64,000 nt of DNA, taken from NCBI RefSeq assembly GCF_963921235.1, contig NC_086097.1, positions 238,082,001 through 238,146,000 of the forward strand, given 5' to 3'. Shown in pieces: positions 25,545-37,329 of the stretch (the stretch's first letter is position 1; each line of letters begins with the position of its first letter). This stretch comes from Mobula hypostoma. Its lineage: Eukaryota. Both the position numbers and the translations under genes were made by a program. The notes under the pieces were generated by a model that was not told the DNA's origin, searched no databases, and saw only the letters and a program-made list of their open reading frames with translations.

Positions 25545-26547
25545 CATTTGGTGGCCATGTTATTAGGTACACCGGTTCATCTGTTGATTAATGCAAATAT
25601 CTAATCAGCCAAACATATGGAAGTAACTCAGTGTATAAAAGCATGCAGGGATGGTCAAGTGGTTCAGTTGTTGTTCAGACCAAACATCTGAATGGGGAAG
25701 AAATGTGATCCCAGTGACCTTGACTGTGGAACGATTCTTGGTGTCAGATGGGGTAGTTTGAATATCTCAGAAACTCCTGGCATTTTCACACACAACCGTC
25801 TCCAGAGTTTACAGAGGATGGTATGAGAAACAAAAAAAAACATCCAATGAGCAGCAGTTCTGTGGGTGAAAACACCTTGTTCATAAGAGAGATCAGAGAA
25901 GAATGGCCAGACCGGAAGGTCAAACTGACAGGAAGGTGGCATTAACTCAAATAACCACAGTTCCAACAGTGGCGCGTAGAAGTGCATCTCTGAACCAACA
26001 AACACATCGAATCTTGAAATGGACAGGTCATTACCGCGGAAGACTATGAACATAAGACCATAGGACCATAAGAGATAGGAGCAGAATTAGGCCATTCAGC
26101 CCATCAAGTCCATGCTGCCATTCTATCATGGCTGATCCCGGCTCCCACTCAACCCCATATACCTGCCTTCTTGCCATATCCTTTGATACCCTGACCGATC
26201 AGAAAATGATCAACTTCCGCCTTAAATATATTCACTGACTTGGCCTCCACCATAGACTTACAACTGTCTGGCAAAAAACAAGTTCCTCCTTATCTCTGTT
26301 CTGAAGGTCTCGCCCCTCAACTTAGAGCCTGTGCCCTCTAGTTCTCAATACCTCCACCGTAGGAAACATCCTCTCCACATCCACCCTATCTAGTCCTTTC
26401 AACATTCAATAGGTATCACTGGAATCCCCTGCATTCTTCTAAATTCAGTGAATACAGGCCCAAAACTGCCAAATACTCCTCATATGTTAACCCCTTCATT
26501 CCCAGAACATAGACTCAATATATAGCGAATAAAGTGGCCACTGACTG
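25545..26547 (+). mobile_element. Tc1-like non-autonomous element with transposase N-terminal remnant
   Basis: TIR gtggcca..ttattaggtaca / aataaagtggccactgactg|TA; ATG at 25692 gives MGKKCDPSDLDCGTILG and later TVSRVYR (Tc1 HTH region); interrupted by a CR1 fragment. Confidence 0.8.
26055..26504 (-). mobile_element. CR1 3' fragment inside the Tc1-like element
   Basis: CR1 3' sequence with agaccataggaccataag tail; flanked by GAACATA on both sides. Confidence 0.85.
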
Positions 26548-26602
26548 TACTTTAATAATTATGTGCTTCATGAATCAGAGACAGCTGATAATCAGTACCC
26601 TT

Positions 26603-27398
26603 AACAACACAAACCAAAATGCTGGAGGAACTCAACAGGCCAGGCAGCATCTATGGAAGAGTAAACAGTTGACATTTCAGGCCAAGACCCTTCATCAAGA
26701 CTGGAGAAAAAGCTGGATCTCTCAGTGGCCACCCATTTTAATTGCACTTCTCATTCCCATTCCAACATGTTAGTCCATAGCCTCCTCTACTAGCGTGATG
26801 AGGCCACACTCAGGTTGGAGGAGAAGCACCTTATATTCCGTTTGGAGCGCCTCCAACCTGATGGCATGTACATCGGTTTCTCTAATTTCTGGTAAAAGTT
26901 CCGCCCTCTCCTTCACCATTCCCCATTCCCAGTTCCTTCTCTCACCTTATCTCCTTACCAACCCATCATCTCCCTCTGGTCCCCTTCCCTTTTTTCTATG
27001 GACTTCTATCCTCTCCTATCAGATCCCCTCTTCTTCAGCCCTGTATCTCATTCACCAATCGACATCCCGGCTCTCCTGGTTTCTCCTATCACTTACTATC
27101 TTGTATTTTAGACAGATATATGGAGGAATTTAAGGTGGGGACTTATATGGGAGGCAGGGTTTGAAGGTCAGCACAACATTGTGGGCCGAAGGGCCTGTAC
27201 TGTGCTCTACTATTCTATGTTCTATTTCTTCCTCCCCTTCCCCCACCTTCTTACTCTGACTTCATCAGTCTTTTATCATCAGTCCTGAAGCGTCAACTGT
27301 TCATTCTTTTCCATAGATGCTGTCTGGCCTGCTGAGTTCCTCCTGCATTTTGTGTGTGTTGCTTGGATTTGCAGCATCTGCAGATTTTCTCTTGTTTC
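26603..27398 (+). mobile_element. Penelope-like 3' fragment with inverted terminal-repeat copy at its 5' side
   Basis: 26603-26710 is the reverse complement of the repeat at about 27275-27398; the middle encodes LRLEEKHLIFRL; small CR1 tail at about 27105-27225. Confidence 0.8.
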
Positions 27399-27809
27399 TA
27401 ATCAAGACACCAAGGCTTGTTATTCTGAAGAATATGCTATAAGAATGAATACTCTCATTCAACCTATCAATTAATATGAAACTGACTTTCATCTTGGAAT
27501 GATGATGCCAAGCAGATGATGCAGTTAAAGGGGATTTCCTGCAGAATTTCAAAGATGAAGTACATCAAATGTGTGCCGGACCCAAGTGAGAGACTTTTTC
27601 TTTTCAAACAAGAGTGGAAATACTCCTAAACCATAACTGAGGGGAATGTGAAAACACATTGATCAAAAAATGCTGTCTCCAACGCTCAAGAAAATGTATG
27701 AATTGCATCGAAGAATAAAGCTACAGAGGATGGTATTTATTAATTTTGGTACAGCCATATTTGTTCTTCATGGTTTCATGAGAATTATCACAGGAAAATT
27801 ACGAGAAGC

Positions 27810-28330
27810 ATTTAAAGTAGTGGGTTCGTCCCAGTTCATCACAGGTAAAGCACTCCCAACACCGAGCACATCTACATGAAAAGCTGCTGCAGGACAGCAG
27901 CATCCACCATCAGGAACCTCCACCACCCGGGACATGCTCTCTTCTCGCTGCTGCCATCCAAAAGAAGGTACAGGAGCCTCAAGACTCATACCCCTTAATC
28001 ATCGGGTTCTTGAATTAAAGGGGATAACTGCTCAACTTCACCATCCTCATCATTGAAATGTTCCCACAATCTACGCACTTACTTTCAGGGACTCTTCATC
28101 TCATGTTCTTGATATTATGGCTTTATTTATTTGATTATTGTTATTTATTTATTTTTGTGTTTGTACAGTTTCTTGTCTTCTGCAGTCTGGCTGAATGCCA
28201 AAGTTGGGCTTTCTTGATTCTGTTTTGATTATTATTCTATAGATTTATTGACTATGTCTGCAAGATACTGAATCTCAGGGCTGTATATACGGTGACATAT
28301 ATGTACTTTGATAATAAATTTACTTTGAAT
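27810..28330 (+). mobile_element. Rex1-type LINE 3' fragment
   Basis: AASTIRNLHHPGHALFSLLPSKRRYRSL; gtactttgataataaatttactttgaa tail. Confidence 0.8.
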
Positions 28331-28339
28331 TTAATGGCG

Positions 28340-28670
28340 CTAGCCCTGTGTTTGCTGGCGTTCAAAAGAAAGTGGGGGGTGACCTTATTGAAGCCTATTG
28401 AATATTGAAAGGCCGAGACCAAGCGAACATGATGAGGATGCTTCCTATAGTGGCGGAATCTAGGACCAGGGGGCGCAGCCTCAGAATGCAAGGACATCCC
28501 TTTGAACATAGATGATGAGGAATTTCTTTAGCTAGAGGATGGTTAAGACATGGGAAGAAGGCAGCTGAGAGGGACTGAGAGGGATAATAAATCAGCCATG
28601 ATAGAATAGTGGAGCAGACAATAGACCAAATGGCCTAATTCTGCTCTTAAGTCTTATGGTCGTATGGTCT
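28340..28670 (+). mobile_element. CR1 LINE 3' fragment
   Basis: gggggtgaccttattgaa...tctaggaccaggggg...tcttatggtcgtatggtc tail. Confidence 0.8.
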
Positions 28671-28799
28671 AAGAACATTATCAGAAACTCAGGAGACCAG
28701 ATCCAGACAATAAACACAAGCTACTTTATGCATAGGTAAGATCTTAACAATTGAATTTTAATATTTTTTGAAGTTTATTCATAATTGAGCAAGTGTACT

Positions 28800-30760
28800 C
28801 AATGGATATCATGGACTTTATTAAAACAGTCGTAGGTGAGTGTGTCCCCACAAAATCATTCAGAGTCTTCCTCAACCAGAAGCCCTGAATGAAGCATGAA
28901 ATCCACAATCTGCTGAAGGGCAGATCAGAGGCATTCAAGTCTGTGACCTAGAAAGTTACAAGAGATCCAGCTACGATCTCAGAGGGCCATCTCGCAGGCA
29001 AAGAGGCAATTCCGGAATAAACTTGAACCAGTGAAGGATGCTCGACATTTGTGGCAGGACTCGAATACAATCATCCCTTATAAAATTAAGTCAAGTGACG
29101 TAAGCAACACAGGGCTTTGCCTCCATGTGAGCTCAATGCCTTCTATGCCTGCGTTGACCGTGAAAACATGAAGGAATCATCTCGAATCCCGACACTGCCA
29201 ATGATCCTGTGATTTCAGTCTCTGAGGTTGAAGTGTGAGCAGCCTTTGGTTTGGTGAACTCATGAAAAACATCCATCCCAGACGGCGAAACTGGCCGGGT
29301 ACTGAGGACCTGTGCTAATCATCTGGCTGGAGCGTTCACTGAGATCTTCCTTCAGCAGTCTAAGATACCCACCAGCTTCAAGTGGGCTTCAATTATACCC
29401 GTGCCTAAGAAGAAATCTGCCATAGTTGGATGCATCAGCAAGGGAGATGAGGCTGAGTACAGGGCTACGGTAGGAAACTTTGTCACATGGTGTGAGCAGA
29501 ATTATCTGTAGCTTAATGTGAAAAAGACTAAGGAGCTGGTGGTAGACCTGAGGAGAGCTAAGGTACCGGTGACCCCTGTTTCCATCCAGGGGGTCAGTGT
29601 GGACATGGTGGAGGATTACAAATACCTGGGGATACGAATTGACAATAAACTGGACTGGTCAAAGAACACTGAGGCTGTCCACAAGAAGGGTCAGAGCCAT
29701 CTCTATTTCCTGAGGAGACTGAGGTCCTTTAACATCTGCCGGACGATGCTGAGGATGTTCTACGGGTCTGTGGTGGCCAGTGCGATCGTGTTTGCTGTTG
29801 TATGCTGGGGCAGCAGGCTGAGGGTAGCAGACACCAACATAATCAACAAACTCATTCGTAAGGCCAGTGATGTTGTGGGGATGGATCTGGACTCTCTGAC
29901 GGCGGTGTCTGAAAAGAGGATGCTGTCCAAGTTGCATGCCATTTTGGACAATGTCTCCCATCCACTACATAATGTACTGGTTGGGCACAGGAGTACATTC
30001 AGCCAGAGACTCATTCCACCGAGATGCAACACAGAGCATCATAGGAAGTCATTCCTGACTGTGGCCATCAAACTTTACAACTCCTCCCTTGGAGGGTCAG
30101 ACACCCTGAGCCAATAGGCTGGTCCTGGACTTATTTCATAATTTACTGGCATAATTTACATATTACTATTTAATTATTTATGGTGCAACTGTAACGAAAA
30201 CCGACTTCCCCCGGGATCAATAAAGTATGACTATGACTATGTAACCTGCCCCAATGACTATCATCCATTAGCAATTAGCCTACAGTGCTGAACTGTTTTG
30301 AGAGTTTGTCAATGAAACATATTAATTCCTGCCTGGGATCCACTCCAATTTGCAACAGGTCCACAGCAGATGCCATTTCACTGGCTCTTCACTCAGCCCT
30401 GCAACCTCTGGGTAACAAAGATAAATGTATCAGGATGCTCCTTTTCGACTACAACTCAGCATTCAGTACTAACATCCACTCAAAACAAATCAATAAGATT
30501 CAAGACCTTGGTCTCAATACCTCCTTGTGCAACTGGATCCTCGATTTCCCCACTTGCAGACCCCAGTCAGATGTGATTGGCAACAACATCTCCTCCATGA
30601 TCTCTATCAGCACAGGTGCATCACAAGGCTGTGTGCCTAGCCCTCTGTGCGACTTGCTTGACACTTATGGCAAAGCACAGCTCCAATGTCATATTCAAGT
30701 TTGCTGACAACATCACTGCTGTAGGCCAAATCAAAGGTGATGCCAAATCACCATATAGGA
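28800..30760 (+). mobile_element. Old Rex1-type LINE fragment hosting a younger Rex1 insertion
   Basis: Degenerate RT region (STADAISLALH, DYNSAF, LCNWILDF, GASQGC, KFAD); collinear with 44197-44900. Confidence 0.8.
29415..30240 (+). mobile_element. Young Rex1-type LINE, 5'-truncated
   Basis: Open frame 29518-30117 (KTKELVVD, YKYLG, LYFLRRLRSF); (TATGAC)n tail; splits the host motif aagaagaa|gtaacctgc. Confidence 0.9.
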
Positions 30761-31746
30761 TGCAGTCTTTCATTTTTTCTATTATGGTTATTATTCTATC
30801 ATGGATTCGTTGAGTGTGCCCATGAGGAAATAAATCTCAGGAATGTACGTGGTGACACATATGTACTTCGAAAATAAATTTACTTTGAATTCTGATATCT
30901 GAAGTATATTATATAACCTGCATGTTTGCCTCATTCTTTTGTACCAGTGGTATCAACAGTAATAAATCTGCGGGTGGATGTAAGATATAATAAATTGAAT
31001 GAAAACGTGTGTCATAGATATGGTCTAAAAATTGTAAAATAGAACAGCACAGACATAAAATTGATAGGCACAGTGATGTTCAGAAGAGTGGTGCTGAATG
31101 AATCTGGAAGAATAGTTTCCTTTAGGCAAAACCCTTTCTGCATTTGGTAGCAGAAGGAAGCCCAGTCTGAACACTAATTGGGAAATGTTCTTACACAAAA
31201 AAAAAACACTGCTGAAGAAATGCAAAGGAGCAGCTCCATCTGATATCTAGGAAAACATTTCCTGACTTAAGCAGTTTGTTGAACAAATTACTTTTGCAAG
31301 GTGACTGAACAAACAGCTGAGTGGAATTCCAAACAGTCCAACGGCAAGGCTGTGTGCTTCTCAGGGAGCTGTACTTCAGAACAGATACAAACATTTTCCG
31401 GGATCAACAGACCAAGGATGCAGTGCATGAAAAGGAAATTGATGTTGGGCAAAGGAGAAGGGCTGGAACAGATTATTCTCCTATGTCGCAGAAAGCTACC
31501 TGAAAATTACTCTTGGCTGGGAGCAATAAACCGCCAGGATTGGGGATTTGTGTTGTAGGGAAATGTTGATTAAATTTGGACTTTATTAGAACTAAGACGT
31601 AGGAGCAGAATTAGGTTGATTCCTCTGCCATTCCATCATGGCTGATATATTCTCTCTCTCAATCCATTCTCCTGCCTTCTTCCCTTATCTTAGGCACCCT
31701 TACTTTTAAAGATCTTATAGAGAAATTATGAGGGGTGGAGATAGGG

Positions 31747-32351
31747 TGTAATGCCCTGGTTCACATGGTTCATGTTTTTTTCTCTGTTATGCTTTTCTGT
31801 TCTCTGTGTAAGCTGCTTGTTTGGGTTACCGTTGAAGAGATAGGAGAATTGCGTGCCATCCAGTGGGGATGAACGGATTCTGGGGGGCGGGGGTGGGAGT
31901 TTCTCTGGTGAGGGGCACTAAGGTTGGGCTTGGGGCATTTGTGAGGGGAGAAGAGAGAAGACGCCGGAGAGAAGAGGTTGTAGGAGTCAACCAGGAGTGG
32001 GACCGTGATTTGACGAAGCCCGGGGAGGTCGAAGGAGGATCAGCGAAGGGGGAACCATGAGCTCCAATCTGTGCACGTCAGACTGTTTAATTGAAATGGG
32101 CCCTTTTCTTTTTTTTTGCTTTTTGTTTACTAACCCTTTAATCAAATTAAGAATTATGAAACAAAATTATTTAATTGTATGCAGAGTACCATCTGTTATT
32201 TTGTGGTACTTATTTGTAACAGGGTGACGAATCGCGCAACATCCACACAAACGGGGTTTCGGGGTGGGCTGGTGCTTCAATCTCCCATGTTTAGCAAGGT
32301 CAGCGATTGTCTTCCCTAGACTTGCGTAGCTGGCAGAACCAGAGTGTTTCA
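31747..32351 (+). mobile_element. Solo LTR inside a CR1 3' fragment
   Basis: TGTAA...TTTCA termini; shares gagctccaatctgtgcac, cacacaaac and ttccctagac with 46609-47314; TSD decayed (AGGG/AAGA). Confidence 0.75.
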
Positions 32352-33479
32352 AAGATAAATACAAACAAGCTTTATCAGCTCAGGTTGGGTGAGGCTTGGC
32401 CCAGAGATAATAGGTTAAATGGGAAAGGTGCAATATTGAAGGAAAATCTTAGGAGGAACTCCTTCACTGAATGGGTGGTATGGGGGTGGAAAAAGCTGCC
32501 AGCTGTAGTAGTAGGTTCAATTGTATCGTGTAAGTGCAGTTTGGATGAGTACATGATTGGGAGATGAATGGAGGGTCACTAACTGGGTGCAAGTAAAAGG
32601 TACTTGGCAGAGAATTAGTCCATCATGGCTGAAGTTCCTGTTTCCGTGCTGCAGTGCTCTATGACTCATTTTATATTGTTGAATCAGAATGCTCTTTCTC
32701 TAAAATTCATGAAGTCATCCAAAGTTTGGTAGTTGTGAGATCTGTGAGAAAAACACAGAGGACCTTCAGCAGGTCGTAGACAGATTTAGTTAATTGGCAA
32801 GTGTGTGGCAGATGTGGAAAACTGTAAAGAAACGACATTAATCAGCTTTGACAGAGAAAAATAGAAAGGTGGAGATTAATTTTTGAATTGTGAGAGATTG
32901 ACACTATTGCTAACCAGAGAGACATAGCTATCCTTGAATACAAGTTTCTCAAAAGGAAGCAAGTAATCCGATAAACAAAGGTGTGGTGGCCTTTGTCACA
33001 AGGTAATTTGAGGACAGGAGTACAGGGTATTTGAAATATTGTTTTCAGATCTGATCTACCTGCCAAAAGAAGGATAACCTTCTTTTAGAGTCTGGTTCAA
33101 ATTCACGAGATTGATTTACTGATTTACTGATCTACTGATGATGAGAGATAAAACAGCTTGGGCCTCTGCAAATACTGCAAATCCAGAGTGACCTGCACAA
33201 AATACTGGAGGAACTCAGCAGGCCAGGCATCATCGATGGAAAGGAATCAGCAGCCAACCTTTTGGGCTGAGGCCTTTCATCAGGTCAGGCCTCTTTTCCT
33301 TTGCAATGAGAAGAAGTGACATGAGTTTAGTACGAAAACACTGTGCTGACGTTAAAGAACGGCATGATCTCATTGAATGCAGGAGAAGGCACGAGGAGCA
33401 AGCGGGCCAACTCCCATTTCTCCCATTAAATAACCTACTGACTGTTTTACTGCTATTTCAGAGTACGTTGAGAATTTAT

Positions 33480-34895
33480 AAGGCTTGGACAGAGCCAAAC
33501 GGAGCATTATGAGCAGTTTTGGGTGCTTTTCAGAATCAAACTCAGATTTAGGTTTCAGAATTAGAATCAGAATCAGGTTTAATATCACATCATGAAATTT
33601 ATTAACTGAGCAGCGGCAGTACAATGTAACATATAATAAAGAAAAAGAACTGTAAATTACAATAAGTGTGTGTGTGTATATATATACATATAAATAATAC
33701 ATAAATTAAATAAGTTGTGCAAAAACAGAAATAGAAATGTCGTGAGGTAGTGTCCATGGGTTCAATCACAAACAAGAGAAAATCTGTAGATGCTGGAAAT
33801 CCAAGCAACAAATGCAAAATGCTGGAGGAACTCAGGAGGCCAGGCAGAATCTATGGAAAAGAGTAAACAATCAATGTTTCAGGCCGTGACCTTCATCATG
33901 GGTTCAATGTCCATTCAGAAATCAAATGGCAGAGCGGAAGAAGCTGTTCCTGAATCACTAAGTGTGTACCTTCAGGCTTATGTACCTCCTTCCTGACGGT
34001 AACAATGAGAAGAAGGCATGTTCTTGCTTATAGAGGTCCTAAATGATGGACGCCGGCTTTTTGAGGTACCACTCTTTGAAGATGTCTTGGATACTATGGA
34101 GGCTAGTGCCCATGATGGAGTTGACGAATTTTACAACTTTCTTACTTCAATCCTGTGCAGTAGCCCTGCCCCCCCTAACCCCCATGCTAGATGGCGATGC
34201 AGTAAGTCAGAATGCTCTCCACGGCATATCTGTAGAAATTTTCCAGTGTTTTAGGTGACATACCAAATCTCCTCAAACTCCGAATGAAGTAAAGCAGCTG
34301 AGTTGCCTTCTTTATAACTGCATCGATATGTTGGAACTAGGTTAGGTCCTCAGAGATATTAATACCTAACAACTTGAAATTGATCACTCTCTCCACCATC
34401 GATCCCTCTATGAGAATTGGTGCCTAAGTCAAAGAAAAGATGTGCTGTTATTGGAGAGGGTTCAGAGGTTCAGAAATTGTTCTGTACTTGCTGGAGTTTA
34501 GAAGAATGTGAGGGGATCATATTGAAACCCAATGAATAGAGTGGATGTGGAGAGAGTGATCACTATAGGATGTTTCCTATAGTGGGTGGAGTCTTGGACC
34601 AGAGGACACTGTCTCAGAATAGAAGGACATCTCTTTAGAAGAGACATGGAGGAAGTTCTTTAGACAGAAGATAGTGAATTTGGGGACCTCATTGCCACAG
34701 ACAGCTGTGGAGGCCAAGACATTGGGTACGTTTAAAGTGGAAGTTGATAGATCTTGATTTGGAAGGGTGTCAAAGGTTATGGGGAGAAGGCAGGAGAATA
34801 GGGTTGAGAGGGATAATAAGTCAGAGAGGATGGAATGGCAGAGCTGACTCGATGGGTTTAATCACCTAATTCTACCCCTTTATCTTTTGGTCTTA
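33480..34895 (+). mobile_element. CR1 3' fragment split by a Rex1-type insertion
   Basis: gagcagttttgggtgc (about 33520) resumes as ...aagaaaagatgtgctg (about 34430) and continues to the tail. Confidence 0.7.
33530..34420 (-). mobile_element. Rex1-type LINE 3' fragment containing a Penelope repeat
   Basis: (CAGAAT)n tail; similar to 13560-14280; Penelope repeat at about 33768-33897. Confidence 0.8.
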
Positions 34896-34914
34896 AGTTC
34901 CAAGCAAGTTCATG

Positions 34915-35270
34915 ACTGATGAGCAATGGGCCTTGTCAGCCGTGCTTGGCAGGTTATTTAAGAGAAGGAAAACTTTGATCTCAAGCTTACGTTGCCTTGC
35001 GGCTATACCCACTCATGGAGAAGGCTTCAGAAGTAAGCTTTGAGAGAAAATCCAGAGGTGGAGTCCGTAAGGTAGTCCTGCATTGAGCTCAATGCTGACT
35101 GGCAACTCCTGCGATGCTGCTGGTCCCAAACTGTATCGGTGTCTGCCATTCCTTTGGATTCATCAGCTGCATGGGGAGTTGGAGCCTGCGACATAAACAA
35201 CAGCTCATTCTCCATATTGTACTGCTCTGACTTGCATATCATATTGACAGCTACGACGCAATAACCGTGG
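34915..35270 (+). mobile_element. RTE 5'-UTR-like non-autonomous repeat (partial)
   Basis: Collinear with 59640-59980 (agaaggaaaactttgatctcaa, gccttgcggctataccc, gagctcaatgctgactggcaactc). Confidence 0.65.
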
Positions 35271-36462
35271 CTGTCCTGACCAATGAAGTGCTTCAACACA
35301 AGTGATGTGAATGAGGCCTCCTCAACTGAGTTTTTGTTTTCCTTTTCCCTTCCATGTACTAGATATACTAGAGCCATCTGGAGAAAGACCCACAGCTGTG
35401 GCAGCATAGAAACCAGCTTTGAGGGAAGAACTGAGATTCCTGAAGGATACCTTCCACATATGAGAGTCTGCGCAGGGCAAACGACATCTGTTATGCCATA
35501 TGTAGCAACTACAAAGCAGGAGCCTGCAATAATAGCATCCTCAGAAGCACCCAAACACCAAGAGGCCTTGCGGTGAAGACTGGACACTCACGGCTCACTT
35601 AATTTGGCATATTCACAACTGACGCTTTGAAGGTTTCAATCAGGAAAAAAAAACAGGGACTTCATTCTGACCTCTAGGGTGCAATATAGATTGCTGTCTC
35701 AAACCACTGAACACCAGTAGAGTGGTCTATCAAAACATGACAAATTGAAATCTTCAGTCAGCACCTTCTCAGATTCTGTGACATCCTCATAAACAAGGTC
35801 AATTTACTTTTTATTTTAAATGAGATCTTTTTCTCCCATATCCTGATCTGAAAGTGAAAATCTAATTTTCTGGTAACACTGTAATATTTTTCACTAAGAA
35901 AACAGAGCGAGTGCAATGGGATAAAAACCAACAGTGGCCCTTGGCTAAAAAAACTGAGACAGATTCCGTGTGCTCGCAACAAAATGCTTGATTTCTCTGC
36001 TCTATTAGAAATTCTGAAAACTTCATCCTCCACCACCAAAACGGACAAGGCCCCTCAGCAATGAATGTTCAGGACATATAAACACCATTAAATTTACTGA
36101 CAGCTTTGACAGGAGGCAAGACTCCATACATGGCTTTGCCTTCCGTCAAAGCCTGTCAGAGGTGCGATCTCAGCACAATACTATCTGTGGTCCAACCTTC
36201 ACTGAAATGTAACTACTGAATGTGGCTGCCGTGAGATGGACCCATGTGCGTGGCCCAGGTAAGCGAGAGTATGTAAGAAGTGTAGGCAGAGATGAGCACG
36301 GTCCTGTCCTTCATTATCTTTCCTTTGGTGATCGGCTGAAAGAACTGCTGTTTGAAGCTCGAAAATAAAGAGTGGACTCTCAGAGTTGAAAACAAAATAG
36401 TAAAGTGTTCAGCACATGAAAAAGATTTGTCATTGAAGGAAATAGAGTCATTATTTCACATC

Positions 36463-36727
36463 TTTATTGTTTAATGAGACACAGCCTAGAGAAGCCCCTT
36501 CCAGCCGCACCACCCAGCAACATTTATTTAACCCTAGCCTGATCACAAGACAATTTACAATGACCAATTAACCCGCCAACTGGTACGTCTTTGAATTGTG
36601 GGAGGAAACTGGAGCACCCGGAGGAAACCCACACAGTCACAAACTCCTTACTGTCAGTGGTGGGAATTGAACCCAGATCACTGGTACTGTAGATCGTTGT
36701 GCTAACCACGACACTTCTGTGTCACCC
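36463..36727 (-). mobile_element. V-SINE/HE1-like SINE
   Basis: Reverse V-domain tgtgggaggaaactggagcacccggaggaaaccca; B box reverse ggaattgaaccc. Confidence 0.85.
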
Positions 36728-36759
36728 TATCTCTCCCCCACGGCTGGAGAAGTAAGATA

Positions 36760-37003
36760 GCAAATCACAGTAGCGTTAGTGCAGCTCTTTACAGCACCAG
36801 TGACCCAGGATCAATTCTTACCGCTGTCTGTGAGCAGTTTGTACGTTCTCCCCGAGACCATGTTGATTTCCTCCGGGTACTCGGGTTTCCACCCACAGTC
36901 CAAAGACATATGGGTTAGGAGGTTAATTGTTCACATGAATGCAAGTGGGTAGAATGAGCTCAAAGGAGTGGAAGGTCCTTTTACTCGGCTGTATCTCTAT
37001 TAA
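36760..37003 (+). mobile_element. V-SINE/HE1-like SINE
   Basis: gtacgttctccccgagacc...tttcctccgggtactcgggtttccacccacagtccaaagac. Confidence 0.8.
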
Positions 37004-37329
37004 AGAAGAAACAGTTAAGAAGTTACCAAGAGGGGGAGGATTGACAGTTTGAGGTAGTAAAATGAAACAAGAGAATTTAGCCACATCTGTGGAGGGAAAA
37101 TACGGTGAGATGGACGATGAGTTGCTGCTCCCAAAGATTACTTTGCTCCAGCATTTCCAAATGAAAGCGGCCAAAAAGTGTAAAAGTGAAATAGAGAATT
37201 AAAGTTACAAATGACTGGAAGCTCAGGATTGCCCTCACAAATCAAGCAGGGATACTCTGGAAAGCAGTTACCCAATAAGCCTGACACAGAGTAGACCACA
37301 TTGTGAACCCTCAATCTTCCTCAGGAGAA

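Noticed and set aside
31365..31530. Possible terminal exon (acceptor, open frame to TGA at 31503, AATAAA)
   Set aside because: Weak pyrimidine tract, unrecognised peptide, features expected by chance.
33110..33140. GATTTACT-type short tandem as a CRISPR-like or regulatory array
   Set aside because: Three spacerless units, a simple slippage repeat. No repeat-spacer array was seen anywhere in the window.
35027..35587. 186-aa minus-strand ORF
   Set aside because: Non-ATG start, runs into an RTE-like repeat, no recognisable domain.
36114..36135. miR-31 (AGGCAAGA match)
   Set aside because: Only the first 8 nt match; the rest differs and the match sits against the loop.
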